DNA of 64,000 nucleotides from Felis catus (lineage: Eukaryota), in the NCBI RefSeq assembly GCF_018350175.1, contig NC_058368.1, positions 89,406,001 to 89,470,000 of the forward strand, read 5' to 3'. Shown piece by piece: positions 38,701 through 52,075 of the stretch. How positions within the stretch are numbered: the stretch's first letter is position 1; each line of letters starts with the position of its first letter. The notes under the pieces were generated by a model. It saw only the letters and a list, made by a program, of their open reading frames with translations. It was not told the DNA's origin and did not search any database. Position numbers and translations under genes: made by a program.

Positions 38701-41700
38701 GAAAAGGGAAATATGAATCTCAAGGCATAAACATCCTACACATCCTTGTCTCTGCTTGGAGAGATGGTATGAAATGACAAAGAGAGGCACATTGGAAGGG
38801 AAGAGGGACATTGGAGCCTTGCCTCAGGAATGACCAGAAACTTCCTTAGCATGCAAGTATAAAACCAAAAGGGCTGAGTTCTGGGTCTTGGTGCCAGAGC
38901 TTTATAAGGATTAATTCATGACATTTTTACTGCATTTTTGCGAGGTAGGCTGTTCCCACTTAAGAGGGAAGCCAGGGCTGGGTTGCTCATACCTCTGCCA
39001 GAGGTTTTCCAACCAGCTGCCCCTGTACCTCCTGGCAGCTTTGACAATTCTGCTACGGACACACATTTGGTTGGTTTGGAGGGAAGAGGAGAGGACATTA
39101 GCAGGCACTGAAACCTCCCAGGTAATGCTCATGTGCTGCCAGGTGAAGAGCCCATGCCCTCTTGGCTCTGCCTGGCCCTGCCCAGCTTTGTACACTTGCT
39201 CACCTGGGCCAGTCCTGACCTCTCCCCTTGTGACATTACTCATTTGGCAAACATCTGTTGAGCCCCTACTACTATGAGCTAGGCACTGAGCTAGGTGGGG
39301 GTGTGTGTGGGGACAGAGAGAAACCAAGACAGACATGGGCCCAAGGAAGCTCAGGTCTGACAAGGAGGTGGCAATTGAACAATTAAATAAGTAGGTCCAA
39401 TAAGGTGAGCAGGGCTGATGAGCGTTGTGGTGCAGGAAGTACCAGGCTCCAGAAACACCCTGGGGTGGGAATGTGCTGGGGTCAGGGGCCTTATAGGCTG
39501 AAACATGGAGGGGATCTCACCAGCTGTGAGTTACCAGGCAGTGGAGTTGGTGAGGAGGAAAGAACATTCTAGGCTAGTGAATCTAGTGTGGTTCCAGGAC
39601 CAGCTGTATCAACATCACCTAGGAATTTTCTAGAAATGCAAATTTGCAGGACCCAACCTAGCCCTACTGAATCAAAAGCTCTGGGGGTGGGGTCCAGCTT
39701 TCTTTAGTTCAACAAGTCCTCTAAGGTTTGGGCCACTCCAAACTTCCCTGCTGCAGCACTCATGATAACTGCCCCATGAAAGCCACTTCCTCATTCCCTA
39801 GCTTCTAAAGGGAAAGACTGGCATCCAGGAGTGTTGTGAGCAGGCAGCCAAAAACCTCTGGCTACCTCCCCTCTGTGTGCCATCTCCCTCCTACAGTTTG
39901 GTAAACCCCGGGGTTATCCTCCACTCCTTTCCTCCTCTTTGGTTTGGAGTCCTGTCTCCCTAAGTCAATCCCGGCCATTCCCTACAAAGGCTACAGGGCC
40001 TTTGTGCCCACACTCATGACCATTCCTGCCACGCAGAACTAGAATCACCCATATGCCCCTGTATCACACCTGAGGACTTGGGGGTGCTGTAAGTAGAATC
40101 TCTAGAGGCTGTATGTAACTTGAAAACCAAGACTGGTTATACAATCTTGGCCCAGAGACACAGTGGCCCATGCCCTTGGGGTCACTATTCCAAGGACCAA
40201 ACTCTTCCCCAATCTTCTTCCCAGACATCCAAGCTGATTCTCCTTCAAGTGTTTTCCATGTGGGGAGCTGAGGGCTGAATCCTTCTGTAGATGCATCCTG
40301 TTGAGTTTGGGAGCCTCAACTTGGAGGGAAAAAAATAACCTCTTTATTTTCACTAACCTCTGGCTGAAATTTAGCTTTTCTCTCATGATGAATGAAGGCA
40401 ACAAAGCTCAGCAGGATTAGCAGGGTCTGTGCTTTGTTCTCAGACAGAAGCCACAGGTGTTTTTGAATCACAATCCAGTTGTTGCAGACACCTGGAAATA
40501 TGCTTTAATCTCACTACTTACAAATTCTGGGAATTGTTGCTATTCAGTGCGTTATTAAACGTGTTAACTTAGAAGCATACATTCTACATCTCACACATTT
40601 ATATTTCTATTTAAAAGATTTTAATAGCTTTGTAGAAACAATCAGATTCCTTTGTAACCTTATATATTTCATTTTATGTATTGAAAACATTCTGGGACCG
40701 GGTCTAAGGCATAGAAAAGGTTAAGAATTCCGACTTTTGGGGCTCCTGGGTGGCGCAGTCGGTTAAGTGTTGGACTTAAAAGCTCAGGTCATGATCTCAC
40801 GGTTCCTGGGTTCCAGCCCTGCATCAGGCTCTATGTTGACTGCTCAGAGCCTGGAGCCCACCGCAGCTTCTGTGTCTCCCCCTCTCTCTCTGCCCCTTCC
40901 CCGCTCATGGTCTCTCTCTCCTTCAAAAATAACATTAAAAAAAAAAAAAAAAAAAAAATCCGACTTTTGATCCTGCCACCTAGCGTCCTGAGCCGTACAT
41001 TAAATCTGTAAACAGTAAATTGAGAAGTGTTCTGTGAGTTGAAATGGCTTCTTGTATGTGAAGTACTTAAAATAGAGCCTGGCGTAAGGGTGACCAGCTA
41101 TTGTTACTTCTATGATGGTGGACATTTCCCCGCCTGTGCTAATAAATGTTCGGGTATACATGCGGCCCGGATGGGCAGTGCCCTATGGGAGCCGGGGGCG
41201 GGGTGGGGGAGTCCAGGATGATGTCAGGCCCAGCTACCAATGCTGGAAGAATTAAAATTGGGAAAGAATGGAAATTCCTGACCAGGTCAGAGAAATCTTC
41301 CTCACCCAACAACCCACGCCAGGGGATGCTCGGGTAACCCAACAGAGCCTCGCTAAGGCTCCAGGGAGACTACCGCGAAGGGCGGGCGCCTGCCCCAGCT
41401 AGATAGCAGGGGAAGTGCCAGCCGCTCTCACATTCCTGACTCCACAAGGGCTTCACCAGGGCCTTGTTGGAGGACCTGGCCCCAGAAACCGAGTGGCGTC
41501 CAACAGATGTGCCCAAGGGCACCCCCAAGAAGGTATGGCATCGGCTGCGTCCCAGGCCGGGGTCACCGCCAACACCCCACGTCCCGCCGGTTTCCCGTAT
41601 ACTCTAATCCATATCCCGGTGTAACCGTGGGAGCCAGCAAACAGGAGCTCTAACGCAGGGCCTAGCGTCTCCTACAATCCTGGGTCGGCTCTCCCACCAT

Positions 41701-41867
41701 CCTCGTTCCCCACACCCGGAAGTGGCCTATCTCTCCCTGCCTCCCCCAGCCCCACCCGCGCTCTGCTGGGCAACGATTGGGGTTCTGCCCCTGGCCCCCA
41801 GACTCTCCGCCCAGTCACCTGCCGTGAGCTCCCGCAGTAGCGACAGCAGTTGCAGCAGCAGCAGCAT
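28767..41867 (-). CDS. Non-classical MHC class I-like heavy chain, 7 coding exons, 356 aa (MR1/ZAG/HFE-like; candidate MHX lineage)
   Basis: join(41867-41819, 33388-33128, 32018-31743, 29967-29692, 29578-29468, 29124-29092, 28831-28767) = 1071 nt; open frame; all introns GT-AG and phase 1 as in class I genes. Confidence 0.88.
29092..29124 (-). CDS. MHC-I-like cytoplasmic exon 1 (ARNKESCKQAP)
   Basis: Strong acceptor TTCTTTTTCCCATAG, donor GTGATT; 33 nt, the same size as exon 6 of classical class I genes. Confidence 0.72.
29468..29578 (-). CDS. MHC-I-like transmembrane exon (EAPSHQWITSAKVISIIFTITFLLVAGVLTFIKQYSQ)
   Basis: Manual translation; ~20-aa hydrophobic stretch; polypyrimidine-AG acceptor and GTAGGT donor; 111 nt. 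Confidence 0.88.
29692..29967 (-). CDS. MHC-I-like alpha3 (Ig C1-set) exon
   Basis: EPPKVQVT...TLRCWARGFYPRDISLSW...TRPGGDGTYQTWAAV...YICHVQHSSL; 276 nt; AG acceptor, GTGAGG donor. Confidence 0.96.
30345..30750 (+). mobile_element. MLT2-like (ERVL) solo LTR in the MHC-like alpha2-alpha3 intron
   Basis: GTGATGGTTCATTTTATGTGTCAACTT start and TTGGTTCTGTTTCTGTGGAGA end motifs. Confidence 0.65.
31743..32018 (-). CDS. MHC-I-like alpha2 exon
   Basis: GTHSTQRTFGCEI...FGFDGQDHLSLDLETLSW...YLEGLCLTSLHRYLELG; 276 nt; canonical Cys pair; GTAAGG donor. Confidence 0.95.
33128..33388 (-). CDS. MHC-I-like alpha1 exon
   Basis: [38 protein letters not shown]...PWMA...YWETET...GYHNQSS; TTCACAG acceptor, GTGCGT donor; 261 nt; NQS glycosylation site at the canonical class I position. 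Confidence 0.95.
34137..34352 (+). mobile_element. CAN-SINE
   Basis: Canonical head and tail. Confidence 0.9.
34572..35010 (+). mobile_element. Two head-to-tail CAN-SINEs (younger one starts in the A tail of the older at ~34759)
   Basis: Two GGGGC(A/G)CCTGGG heads; outer flanks share AGGATCAT. Confidence 0.9.
35682..35910 (-). mobile_element. CAN-SINE with expanded (GA)n
   Basis: TSD AGCCTGCTTTTTCT. Confidence 0.9.
36358..37155 (+). mobile_element. MLT1 (MaLR) LTR with nested SINE and short retro-insert
   Basis: GATGGGGAGATTATCCAGGATTATC, GAGCCAAGGAATGCAG, TTTGGACTTCTGACC and GTTATAGCAGC motifs. Confidence 0.7.
36886..37109 (-). mobile_element. CAN-SINE inside MLT1
   Basis: TSD GTGGTCCCC. 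Confidence 0.9.
40738..40958 (+). mobile_element. CAN-SINE
   Basis: TSD TCCGACTTTTG. Confidence 0.9.
41819..41867 (-). CDS. MHC-I-like gene leader exon (MLLLLQLLSLLRELTA/G)
   Basis: ACAATG start, Leu-rich signal peptide, phase-1 donor GTGACT joining in frame to GTHSL of alpha1; lies in a CpG island downstream of TATA/CCAAT boxes. Confidence 0.75.
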
Positions 41868-42169
41868 TGTCCGCGGCGGCGTCCAGACGTGCGCGCTCCC
41901 GACGACCGCCAGCCGGTGTCCGCCAGCCTTGCGCGCGTCCCTAGGGCGTCGATTTCCCCGGAGTCGGTCTTCAGCTGTGGGGTCGGTGGTCTGGCGCCAA
42001 CCGCGGAGAGCGAGAGAGCTCAGCTTTGGGAAGGCAGCGCATCAGCGACCTCAGCCCGCCTCGCTCAGCTGGAGTTCCAGCCCGGCCCCTTCAGCCTCGG
42101 GCTCCGGCTCCCAAGGCCATTGTCACAGCTTCCCCCACTCCCCCGCGTTGTCCCCCACAGCTCCTCGAC

Positions 42170-42220
42170 GGTCCCCTTTATATATACATAGGAAAACCAA
42201 TCGTGTTGGTAATTGGCCAG
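42170..42220 (-). promoter_or_regulatory. TATA and CCAAT boxes of the MHC-I-like gene promoter
   Basis: Minus TATATATAAAGGGG (42186-42173); CCAAT at 42197-42201 (+) and 42216-42212 (-); at the edge of a CpG island ~41100-42170. Confidence 0.65.
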
Positions 42221-44004
42221 TGAGGATCACCTGGTTTCAAGGGTGTTTAAAGGTCAGAGGACTTCTGCCACTCCTGCTACACCGTGTGCCCATAGTAACC
42301 TGAAAGTGGAACTGGGGGTGCAGCACCTGCAGCATCAGGAGGATGTGTCCAGACGTGCAGAGAAGCATGGCTCTGATCACTTCCAACTGGAGGACAGCAG
42401 TACAGCATCAGCAACAGCCTGGACATGAGGGTACCCTGGCTGGAAGTTCTGGAGAGGGGAGAGACAGGCAGTCTGGCCTCCTCAGACTCTTGCCTGCCCT
42501 GTTCTGCAATCCCACATCTCTCCCTCTTCTTTCTTCTCTTTCTCTTCCTTCACTTTCCACCCTGGGCTCTACAGAGAGGTTCCTACAGGCCTGCGTGTGT
42601 CACTAGGCAGGTATATCTCAGCTCCTCCTTGGATACAGTCTCCACTGTCGCTCACTTCTAGTAGCTGAGTCTGGTGTCTGGAGACTCCTACCAGGTCATG
42701 TCTCCATGTACTCTGTATCTTGGGTCATCTCTTTCCTGTCTAGTAGTCATCCAAGCATGGTATCTTGAGGGAAGGAGCCAAGAGCTCAGGCTTTAAAATG
42801 GTTTCTTCTACATCTTGGTGAGTGTGTGCATATATGCATGGTCACCTATGCTGATGGAGAACTGGAGTGGAGCAGAAGAAATGAAGTTAAGGTGAGGCAG
42901 AGACTGGAGGGGCTACCCTGGAGCTTTACTCCTCACTCCCATAAACTGGAAAATGGGGGGCTGGATTAGGAGAAACCACTTCCAGAGCTAGACTATTTTC
43001 TGAGTTCCTGACCCCTATTAAGGCTGTGGCCCACATGCCAGGTTAAAGGAGGAGTGAGGAGTTAGAGCTGGCTGCTCAAATAACCAACATCATTCATTAC
43101 AGCTTCAGTATAGTTGGAAACAAACCCAAAGTACATCTGTGGAGGCTGGCTGCATATGTAATGACACATTATGGATGTAGGTACAGTATTTGTCATGAAA
43201 CAATGAGAATGCTCTATGTATGGACATGGAAAGATCTCCATCAATTGTGAGAGTGAGTGTCTGTTATGTTACTTCTTCGGGCAAAAATAAGAATTCCTAT
43301 TTATTTTCTTATATATGCATAGGGGAATTATATAAAATATTTGGACAAGAAATTAAAGCCAACATACAAAGAAGACTTATACCATATTCACAGATCAGAA
43401 GCTTCACTAGCTGTCAGTTCTCCTCAAGTATTCTTTTAAAAATATGTCCTCTAATTTTATTTTTTTGCTCTTTTAAATTTGAGTATAATCAGACAATGCT
43501 TTTTAGTTTCAGAGGTACAACATAGTGATTTGACAAGTTTATATATTATGCTGTATTCCCAAGTCCCCACACATTGCTATTACAATATCACTGCATTTAT
43601 TCCTTATGCTGTGCCTTTTATTCCTGCAACTCATTCATTTTATAACTAGAAGTCTGTATCTCCCTCTCCCCTTCACCCATTTTGTTCAACCTCCTACCCC
43701 CCGTCCCTCTGGTAACCATCAGTTTGTTTATGTATTTATAGGTTTGATTCTACTTTTTATCTGTTTATTCATCTTTATTTTTTAATTCTTTTTTTTTTTT
43801 TTTTTTGGAAAGAGAGAACGAGTGCATGAGTTAGGAAGAAGGGCACAATGTTATGCAACCTCTATTTAGTTCTAAACAATTTCACCGGAAATGTTCCAAA
43901 ACATTTCCATCACCTGAAAAGGAAACCCTGTACCCAGTTGCAACTGTTAAACATTTGCTCCTACTTTCTGCCTCCCCTTGACACTGGTGACCACTTGTAT
44001 TTTT

Positions 44005-44395
44005 TCCTGTGACTGCTTTAACAGAGGACCACAATTTGGGTGTCTTAAAACATGAGGAATTTATCCTCTCACAGTCCTGAAGGCCAGAAGTCTGAAATCA
44101 AAGTGTTGGCAGAGCCATGATCCTTCTAAAGGCTCTAGGGGAGAATCTTTCCTTGCCTCTCCCAGCTTCCTTGGTTTATGGCAGCCTCATTCCAATCTTT
44201 GCTTTACCTCTGTCTTCATGTGGCTACCTTCCCTCTGTGTCTCTTCTCTTTTTATAAAGATACCCATTACTGAATTAGGGCCCACTCTAGTTCAGTACAT
44301 CAGCAAAGACCCAATCTCCAAATAAAGTTACATTCACAGGCACTGGGGCTTAGGGCTTCAGCATATCTATTTGGGAACACTATTCAACCCATTCT
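44005..44395 (-). mobile_element. MLT1-like LTR
   Basis: GGCCAGAAGTCTGAAATCAAAGTGTTGGCAG, GGCTCTAGGGGAGAATC and ATTCAACCCA motifs. Confidence 0.65.
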
Positions 44396-44854
44396 ACCAC
44401 CAATATGAATTCTGTCTGTGGATTTACCTATTTGGGGTATGAGATTTCTGCACCCTACAGGCTAATTATAAAGTTACCACTCATCCTGGAATGAAAAGCC
44501 ACTGTACTTTGAGCTCCTAGTTTGCTCCAATGGACTTTGCTTTTATAACAGCTCCTCCCACCTTCCCCTTTTTCTCTGTAAAAGAGCAGCCCTCTCCTTT
44601 GTTCTCCAGACTTGCCTATGGTTTTGCCATAGCTTGCTTGTCCTAAATTGTTATTCTTTGCTATTCCCCAATAACCCATTTTTTGCTGATAAAATAACTG
44701 ACAGTTTTATCTTTAAGGATAACAGCTCTTTACTAAGTCAAGTCCCATTCCTGTTCCATCCCCTCATTCTACTCTCCTCCCACACAATAGCATTTGTCTG
44801 CTTTGACATGTATCATTAAATTCATTTGTATCTTTGATAAGTCTGTGTTGCAGT

Positions 44855-44938
44855 TTATATTTTTATTTTATTTTATTTTAAATGTGTATTTATTTGAATA
44901 TATTTTTATTTTATTTTATTTTAAATGTTTATTTATTT

Positions 44939-44987
<49 letters not shown>

Positions 44988-45105
44988 ATCCCAAGCAAGC
45001 TCCACACTATACAGAGCCTAACTCAGGGCTCTACCCCACCAACCATGAGATCATGATCTGAGCTGAAATCGAGTCTGATGCTTAACTGAGCCCCCCAAGT
45101 GCCCC
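44855..45105 (-). mobile_element. CAN-SINE with (GA)n microsatellite
   Basis: Canonical body; (GA)n at 44942-44982. Confidence 0.85.
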
Positions 45106-45589
45106 ATGTTTTTATTTTAAATTTACACAACTAGTATTTTTCTCTGGAACAGGTTCTTTTTTTACTTTTTCTCTTATAATCTGTACATGTCCATTTTGCC
45201 ATGAGGACAGTGGGAACAGAGAGTTACAAAATTGAGTTATAATTGCAAGGGGGTCCCGAAATGGAGCTGGGAGGTCATTGGAAACACAGAGCTTATGTAC
45301 ATCCACACCCTGATGGAAACTGAACTCTCACACTTGGGCCTTAACCACTTAACCATATCCTGGAACATTTCTATGTATTAGATAGCTTAAACTTTGTCAG
45401 CATCAATCATAATTCTTTCAAAAACAGTTTATACAACCTTGCAGTTTGGGCCTTTATAACCCCTAATTTCTTCCCCAAATTGGAACATGCATTCAATTCC
45501 TCTTGAATCTGTGTCTCCTGGAATTGCAACTCCTAAGACCCCCAAAAAAGTGCATTGTTAGTTCTTACAGCCTCAATCTGAAATTTGTT

Positions 45590-46970
45590 AACAATTGATA
45601 CCTACATGGTATTCCACTGTGGTTCTCCCTGCATCATCTCCCCTCACACATGGCCTCCTCACTTTTCTCATCTTTGATAGGCATAGATGAGTGCCCCACT
45701 TTTGTTTTAATTTCCATTTTTCCTCATGACACTTGATTTTGAGAAATCTTTCATATATCTGTTGGCCTTTTAAGTTTCTCCTTGTGTGAATTGCCTCTTC
45801 ATAGTCTTTATTTTTCCATAGTACTTCCTGTTCATTTTTCCTCCAGTTGTAGAATATATTCTGGCCATTGGCAGTTGTTTTAAATATCTTTTTCTCATCT
45901 GTCCTCTTCTGTGTGTATATGGTGACTGTCATTAAGGAGGAAACTTGAGTTTTGGTGTCATCAAAGCTAACAATTTTCTTCTTATGTTTTTGCTTTAGGG
46001 ATTAAAAAATATCATCTATTTTATTATTAATTTTTAATAAAACTTTACTTTGACATAACTGTAGATTCATTTTTTGTGCTTTTAATTTTAGCTATTCTGA
46101 CAGGTGTGTGGCAATATCTCATAGTAGTTTTGATTTACATTTCTCTGATGTGGAGTGATGTTGAGCATCTTTTCATGTATCTGTTGGCCATCTGTAATGC
46201 CTTCTTTGGAAAAATGTCTATTCAAGTCCTATACTCAGTTTTTATTAAAAAATTTTTTAAATTATTTTTTTCTTTTTCAAATTTTTGTTTATATTCTAGT
46301 TAGTTAACATATAGTGTAATATTGATTTTAGGACTAGAGTTTAGTGATTCATCACTTACATATAGCACCCAGTGGTCATCAAAGTGCCCTCCTTAATACC
46401 CATCGCCTATCTAGACCATCCCCCATCCACCTCCCTTCATCAACCCTCAGTTTTTTTCTCTATTGTTAAAAGTCTCATGGTTTGTTTCCTTCTCTCTTGT
46501 TTTTCCTTTCCATACGGTTTGTCTGTTTTGTATTTTAAATTCCACATAGAGTGAAATCATATGGTATTTGTCTTTCTCTGACTGACTTATTTTGCTTAGC
46601 ATAATACACTCTAGTTCCATCCATGTTGTTGCAAATGTCAATATTTAATTCTTTTTGATGGCTGAGTTATATTCCATTGTATATATACTGCATCTTCTCT
46701 ATCCATTCATTGGTTGATGGACATTTGGACTCTTTTCAGCAATAGCTTGGCTATTGTTGATAATTCTGCTATAAAGATTGGGGTCCACGTAACCCATTGA
46801 ATCTGTATTTTCGTATACTTTGGGTAAATATGTAATAGTTCCTATGCAGTCCTTTTCTCCATAACTTATTTATTTTATAACTAGAAGTTTGTACCTCTTA
46901 CCCCCTTCACCTATTTCACCTGTTGCCACCTCCCCTCTGGCAATCACCAGTTTGTTCTCTGTATTTGCAT
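45590..46970 (-). mobile_element. Cluster of old L1 3' fragments
   Basis: ORF remnants [30 protein letters not shown] and antisense ILAILTGVWQYLIVVL. Confidence 0.8.
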
Positions 46971-47154
46971 CCAGCTGCATGGTATGCTCATCTCTGCACT
47001 GTCTTAAGAGAGAGAGAGATAGGTTGCCCTGGTGCTCAGTTTTTGTGTTTGGGTCCCTCTTTTACAGTAGTTTTGCCTGTACCCTAGTGATACCATGTCT
47101 TTTATAATTAATACCTTTTATTATAGTTCAATTAATAAAATTATAATGTTATTG

Positions 47155-47379
47155 TTTTTTTTTTAATTTTTTTCAACGTTTTTTATTTATTTTTGGGACA
47201 GAGAGAGACGGAGCATGAACGGGGGAGGGGCAGAGAGAGAGGGAGACACAGAATCGGAAGCAGGCTCCAGGCTTGGAGCCATCAGCCCAGACCCTGATGC
47301 GGGGCCCGAACTCACGGACCGCGAGATTGTGACCTGGCTGAAGTCGGACGCTTAACCGACTGCGCCACCCAGGCGCCCC
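47155..47379 (-). mobile_element. Young felid SINE
   Basis: TSD AATGTTATTGTT. Confidence 0.92.
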
Positions 47380-48937
47380 AATGTTATTGTTAATAATAGG
47401 ACATATGTTTGACTGATCACTGTGTCAGAAGGAATAAAGTAGATATATGCATATGAACATAGAGAGATGCCTGAAACAATACTGAGTTACTAAGTCAGGA
47501 ACTGACCCAGTTAGGGGTTTTCATGGAATCATAGACATGATTGATGAACTCATTGGCCATTGGTGATTGAACTCAGTCCCTGGTCCCCCTCACCTCCCTG
47601 GAGGTTGGGGGGGGGCGGGGAGGGGGGGTGGAGGTGGGAGGGGGGTGGGAGGGAGTAGGGGTTGGGGAAGGAAGGAAGGAGGAGGCTGAAAGTTCCAATC
47701 CTCTAACCTTGGGTTGTCTTTCTAGCCATCAGCCCCCATCCTGAAGGGTCTCCACCCCTGAGTATCTCATTAGCATACGAAAGACACTCCTATTGCTGAA
47801 GAAATTACAAGAGTTTTAGGAATTCCTTCTAGGAATCCCCTCACTCTGACCCTCCTGTACCTTCTATGAAAGTGAGATCTGTGACAGTCATCTAACCAGT
47901 TCATGACCACCTCATCTGAAATTTCTATGTGATGGTTTGCCTTGAAATGGAGCAGCAATTGTTTCCATGCCTCAGCCAAAAGTGAGAAAGAAAGTATGAG
48001 TCCCATTCTGATGTCTATTACACTTATCTTTAAACCATAAAAGGAAAAAGATACTTGAACAATGAGAATCCATTTCATTTCAAAGGTGGAAGAGAAATCA
48101 TATGAGTAACCAGTTTGTTAAATTAAAGTAGGGAGTGGGTAAGGCTGAATCTGCCTTGCTTTGTGTACACCTTCTCCCTACAACGAGACCTAAAATTTAA
48201 GGTGTCCACAGGCTCAGTCTTACGTCACATGCATCTGTTAAAAAGAAAAATCATAGGCCCATAATGGAGTCATTTAAGTTAAGACCCCCATTCCTGGCCA
48301 GTGGTTCCCTGAGAGACCATTCTCCCTTAGGAGGGCAATTTTGACTAAACAGTGCATTCCTTGCTAATAAACCCCTTTCTTTTTTAAGCCTTCTCTCTCC
48401 TTTAAAAACATTTTCTTTTCTGCAACTCAGCAGAGCTTTCTATTTGCTAGATGGGTTGCAACCCAATTCATGAATTCTCTAATAGCGCCAATTAGATCTT
48501 CAGATTTACTTGGTTGACTTATTTTTTTAAACGTATCTGTTCCCTTGGTTATCTTATCTTGTTTTATGTCATCCAGTACCAATTGTCAACTCTCAAATTT
48601 TTCTCCCAGGCATCTCCCCTGACTCCAGACCTAAATATCCCATTGTTTATGCAACATCTTCCCTTTGTTATGTATGTCTAGGATGATCTGGACTAACTGA
48701 ACGTGCCCAAACCTAACCTGAGCCCCTGCCCCTTTTCCTTTCCCCCTTCCACTTAATGGCAGTGTTACCCCCTATTTGCACATGAGCCCATCCACACAAT
48801 CTTTGTTCTTTCCTGTTCCACATCCACAATTCTGCAGCTGGATCTTCCAAGTCTATTGAGAATCGCCCTGGTCCAAACTACCATCATCTCTACCTGGAAT
48901 GATTATAGATAGCCTCCTAGAAATGATGCATGAATGA

Positions 48938-51151
<2,214 letters not shown>

Positions 51152-51530
51152 ATTGTATGTGTATATATGTGTGTGTGTGTGTGTGTATACATACAAATTT
51201 TGTTCCATTGTATGTATGTGTATACATAAAAAAGAAATCTTGCCAGTTGCAACAATGTGAATGGAACTAGAGTGTATATATACATATACACTAGTGTATA
51301 TACATATACACATATATATACATATATACATATGTACATATATACATATGTACATATATACATATATACTAGTGTATATACATATACACTAGAGTGTATA
51401 TATACATATACATATACATATACACACATATATATATACATATACATATATATATACACATACATACAATGGAATAAAAAAGAAAGAAATCTTGCCAGTT
51501 GCAACAATGTGAATGGAACTAGAGTGTATT
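51152..51530. repeat. Complex (TA/TG/CA) microsatellite with embedded direct and inverted repeats
   Basis: Directly visible; 47-bp direct repeat at 51231-51277 and 51483-51529. Confidence 0.9.
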
Positions 51531-52075
51531 ATGCTAAGCTAAAGACAAGTACTGTATGATTTCACTCACATGCGGAATTTAAGAAATATAACAGATAATA
51601 ATGGGGAAGGTAAGGAAAAATAAGATAAAAACAGAGAGGAAGGCAGGGCACCTGTGTGGCTCAGTTGTTAAGTATCCAACTCTTGCTTTCAGCTCAGGTC
51701 ATGATCTCATGGTTTGTGAGTTCAAGCCCTACATCAGGCTCTGTGCTGACAGTGTGGAGCCTGCTTGGGGTTCCATCTCTCTCTTTCTCTCCCTAATTCT
51801 CTCTCTCTTTCTCAAAAATGAATAAATAAACTTTTTTTAAAAAGCAGAGAGGGAGGCAAATCATAAGAGACTCTTAAATACAAAGAACATACTGAGGGTT
51901 GATGGAGAAGAGGTGGGTGGGGGGGATGGGCTAAATGGGTGATAGGCATTAAGGAGGGCACTTGTTGGGATGAGCACTGGGTATTGTATATAAGTGATGA
52001 ATCACTGGGTTCTACTCCTGAAACCAATGCTGCACCGTATGTTAACTAACTTGAATTTAAACAAATAAATTTAAA
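51460..52075 (+). mobile_element. Older L1 3' end (continuation of the 48980-49071 fragment), interrupted by a SINE
   Basis: ATGGAACTAGAGTGTATTATGCTAAG and L1 3'UTR motifs (GGATGAGCACTGGG). Confidence 0.8.
51645..51835 (+). mobile_element. CAN-SINE inside older L1 3'UTR
   Basis: GGGCACCTGTGTGGCTCAG head. Confidence 0.85.

Noticed and set aside
38911..39363. 150-aa minus-strand ORF in intron 1 of the MHC-like gene
   Set aside because: No domain or splice-phase support; partly overlaps old repeat-like sequence
41722..42303. 193-aa plus-strand ORF
   Set aside because: Low-complexity by-product of the GC-rich island, non-ATG start, antisense to the MHC-like leader exon; no recognisable domain
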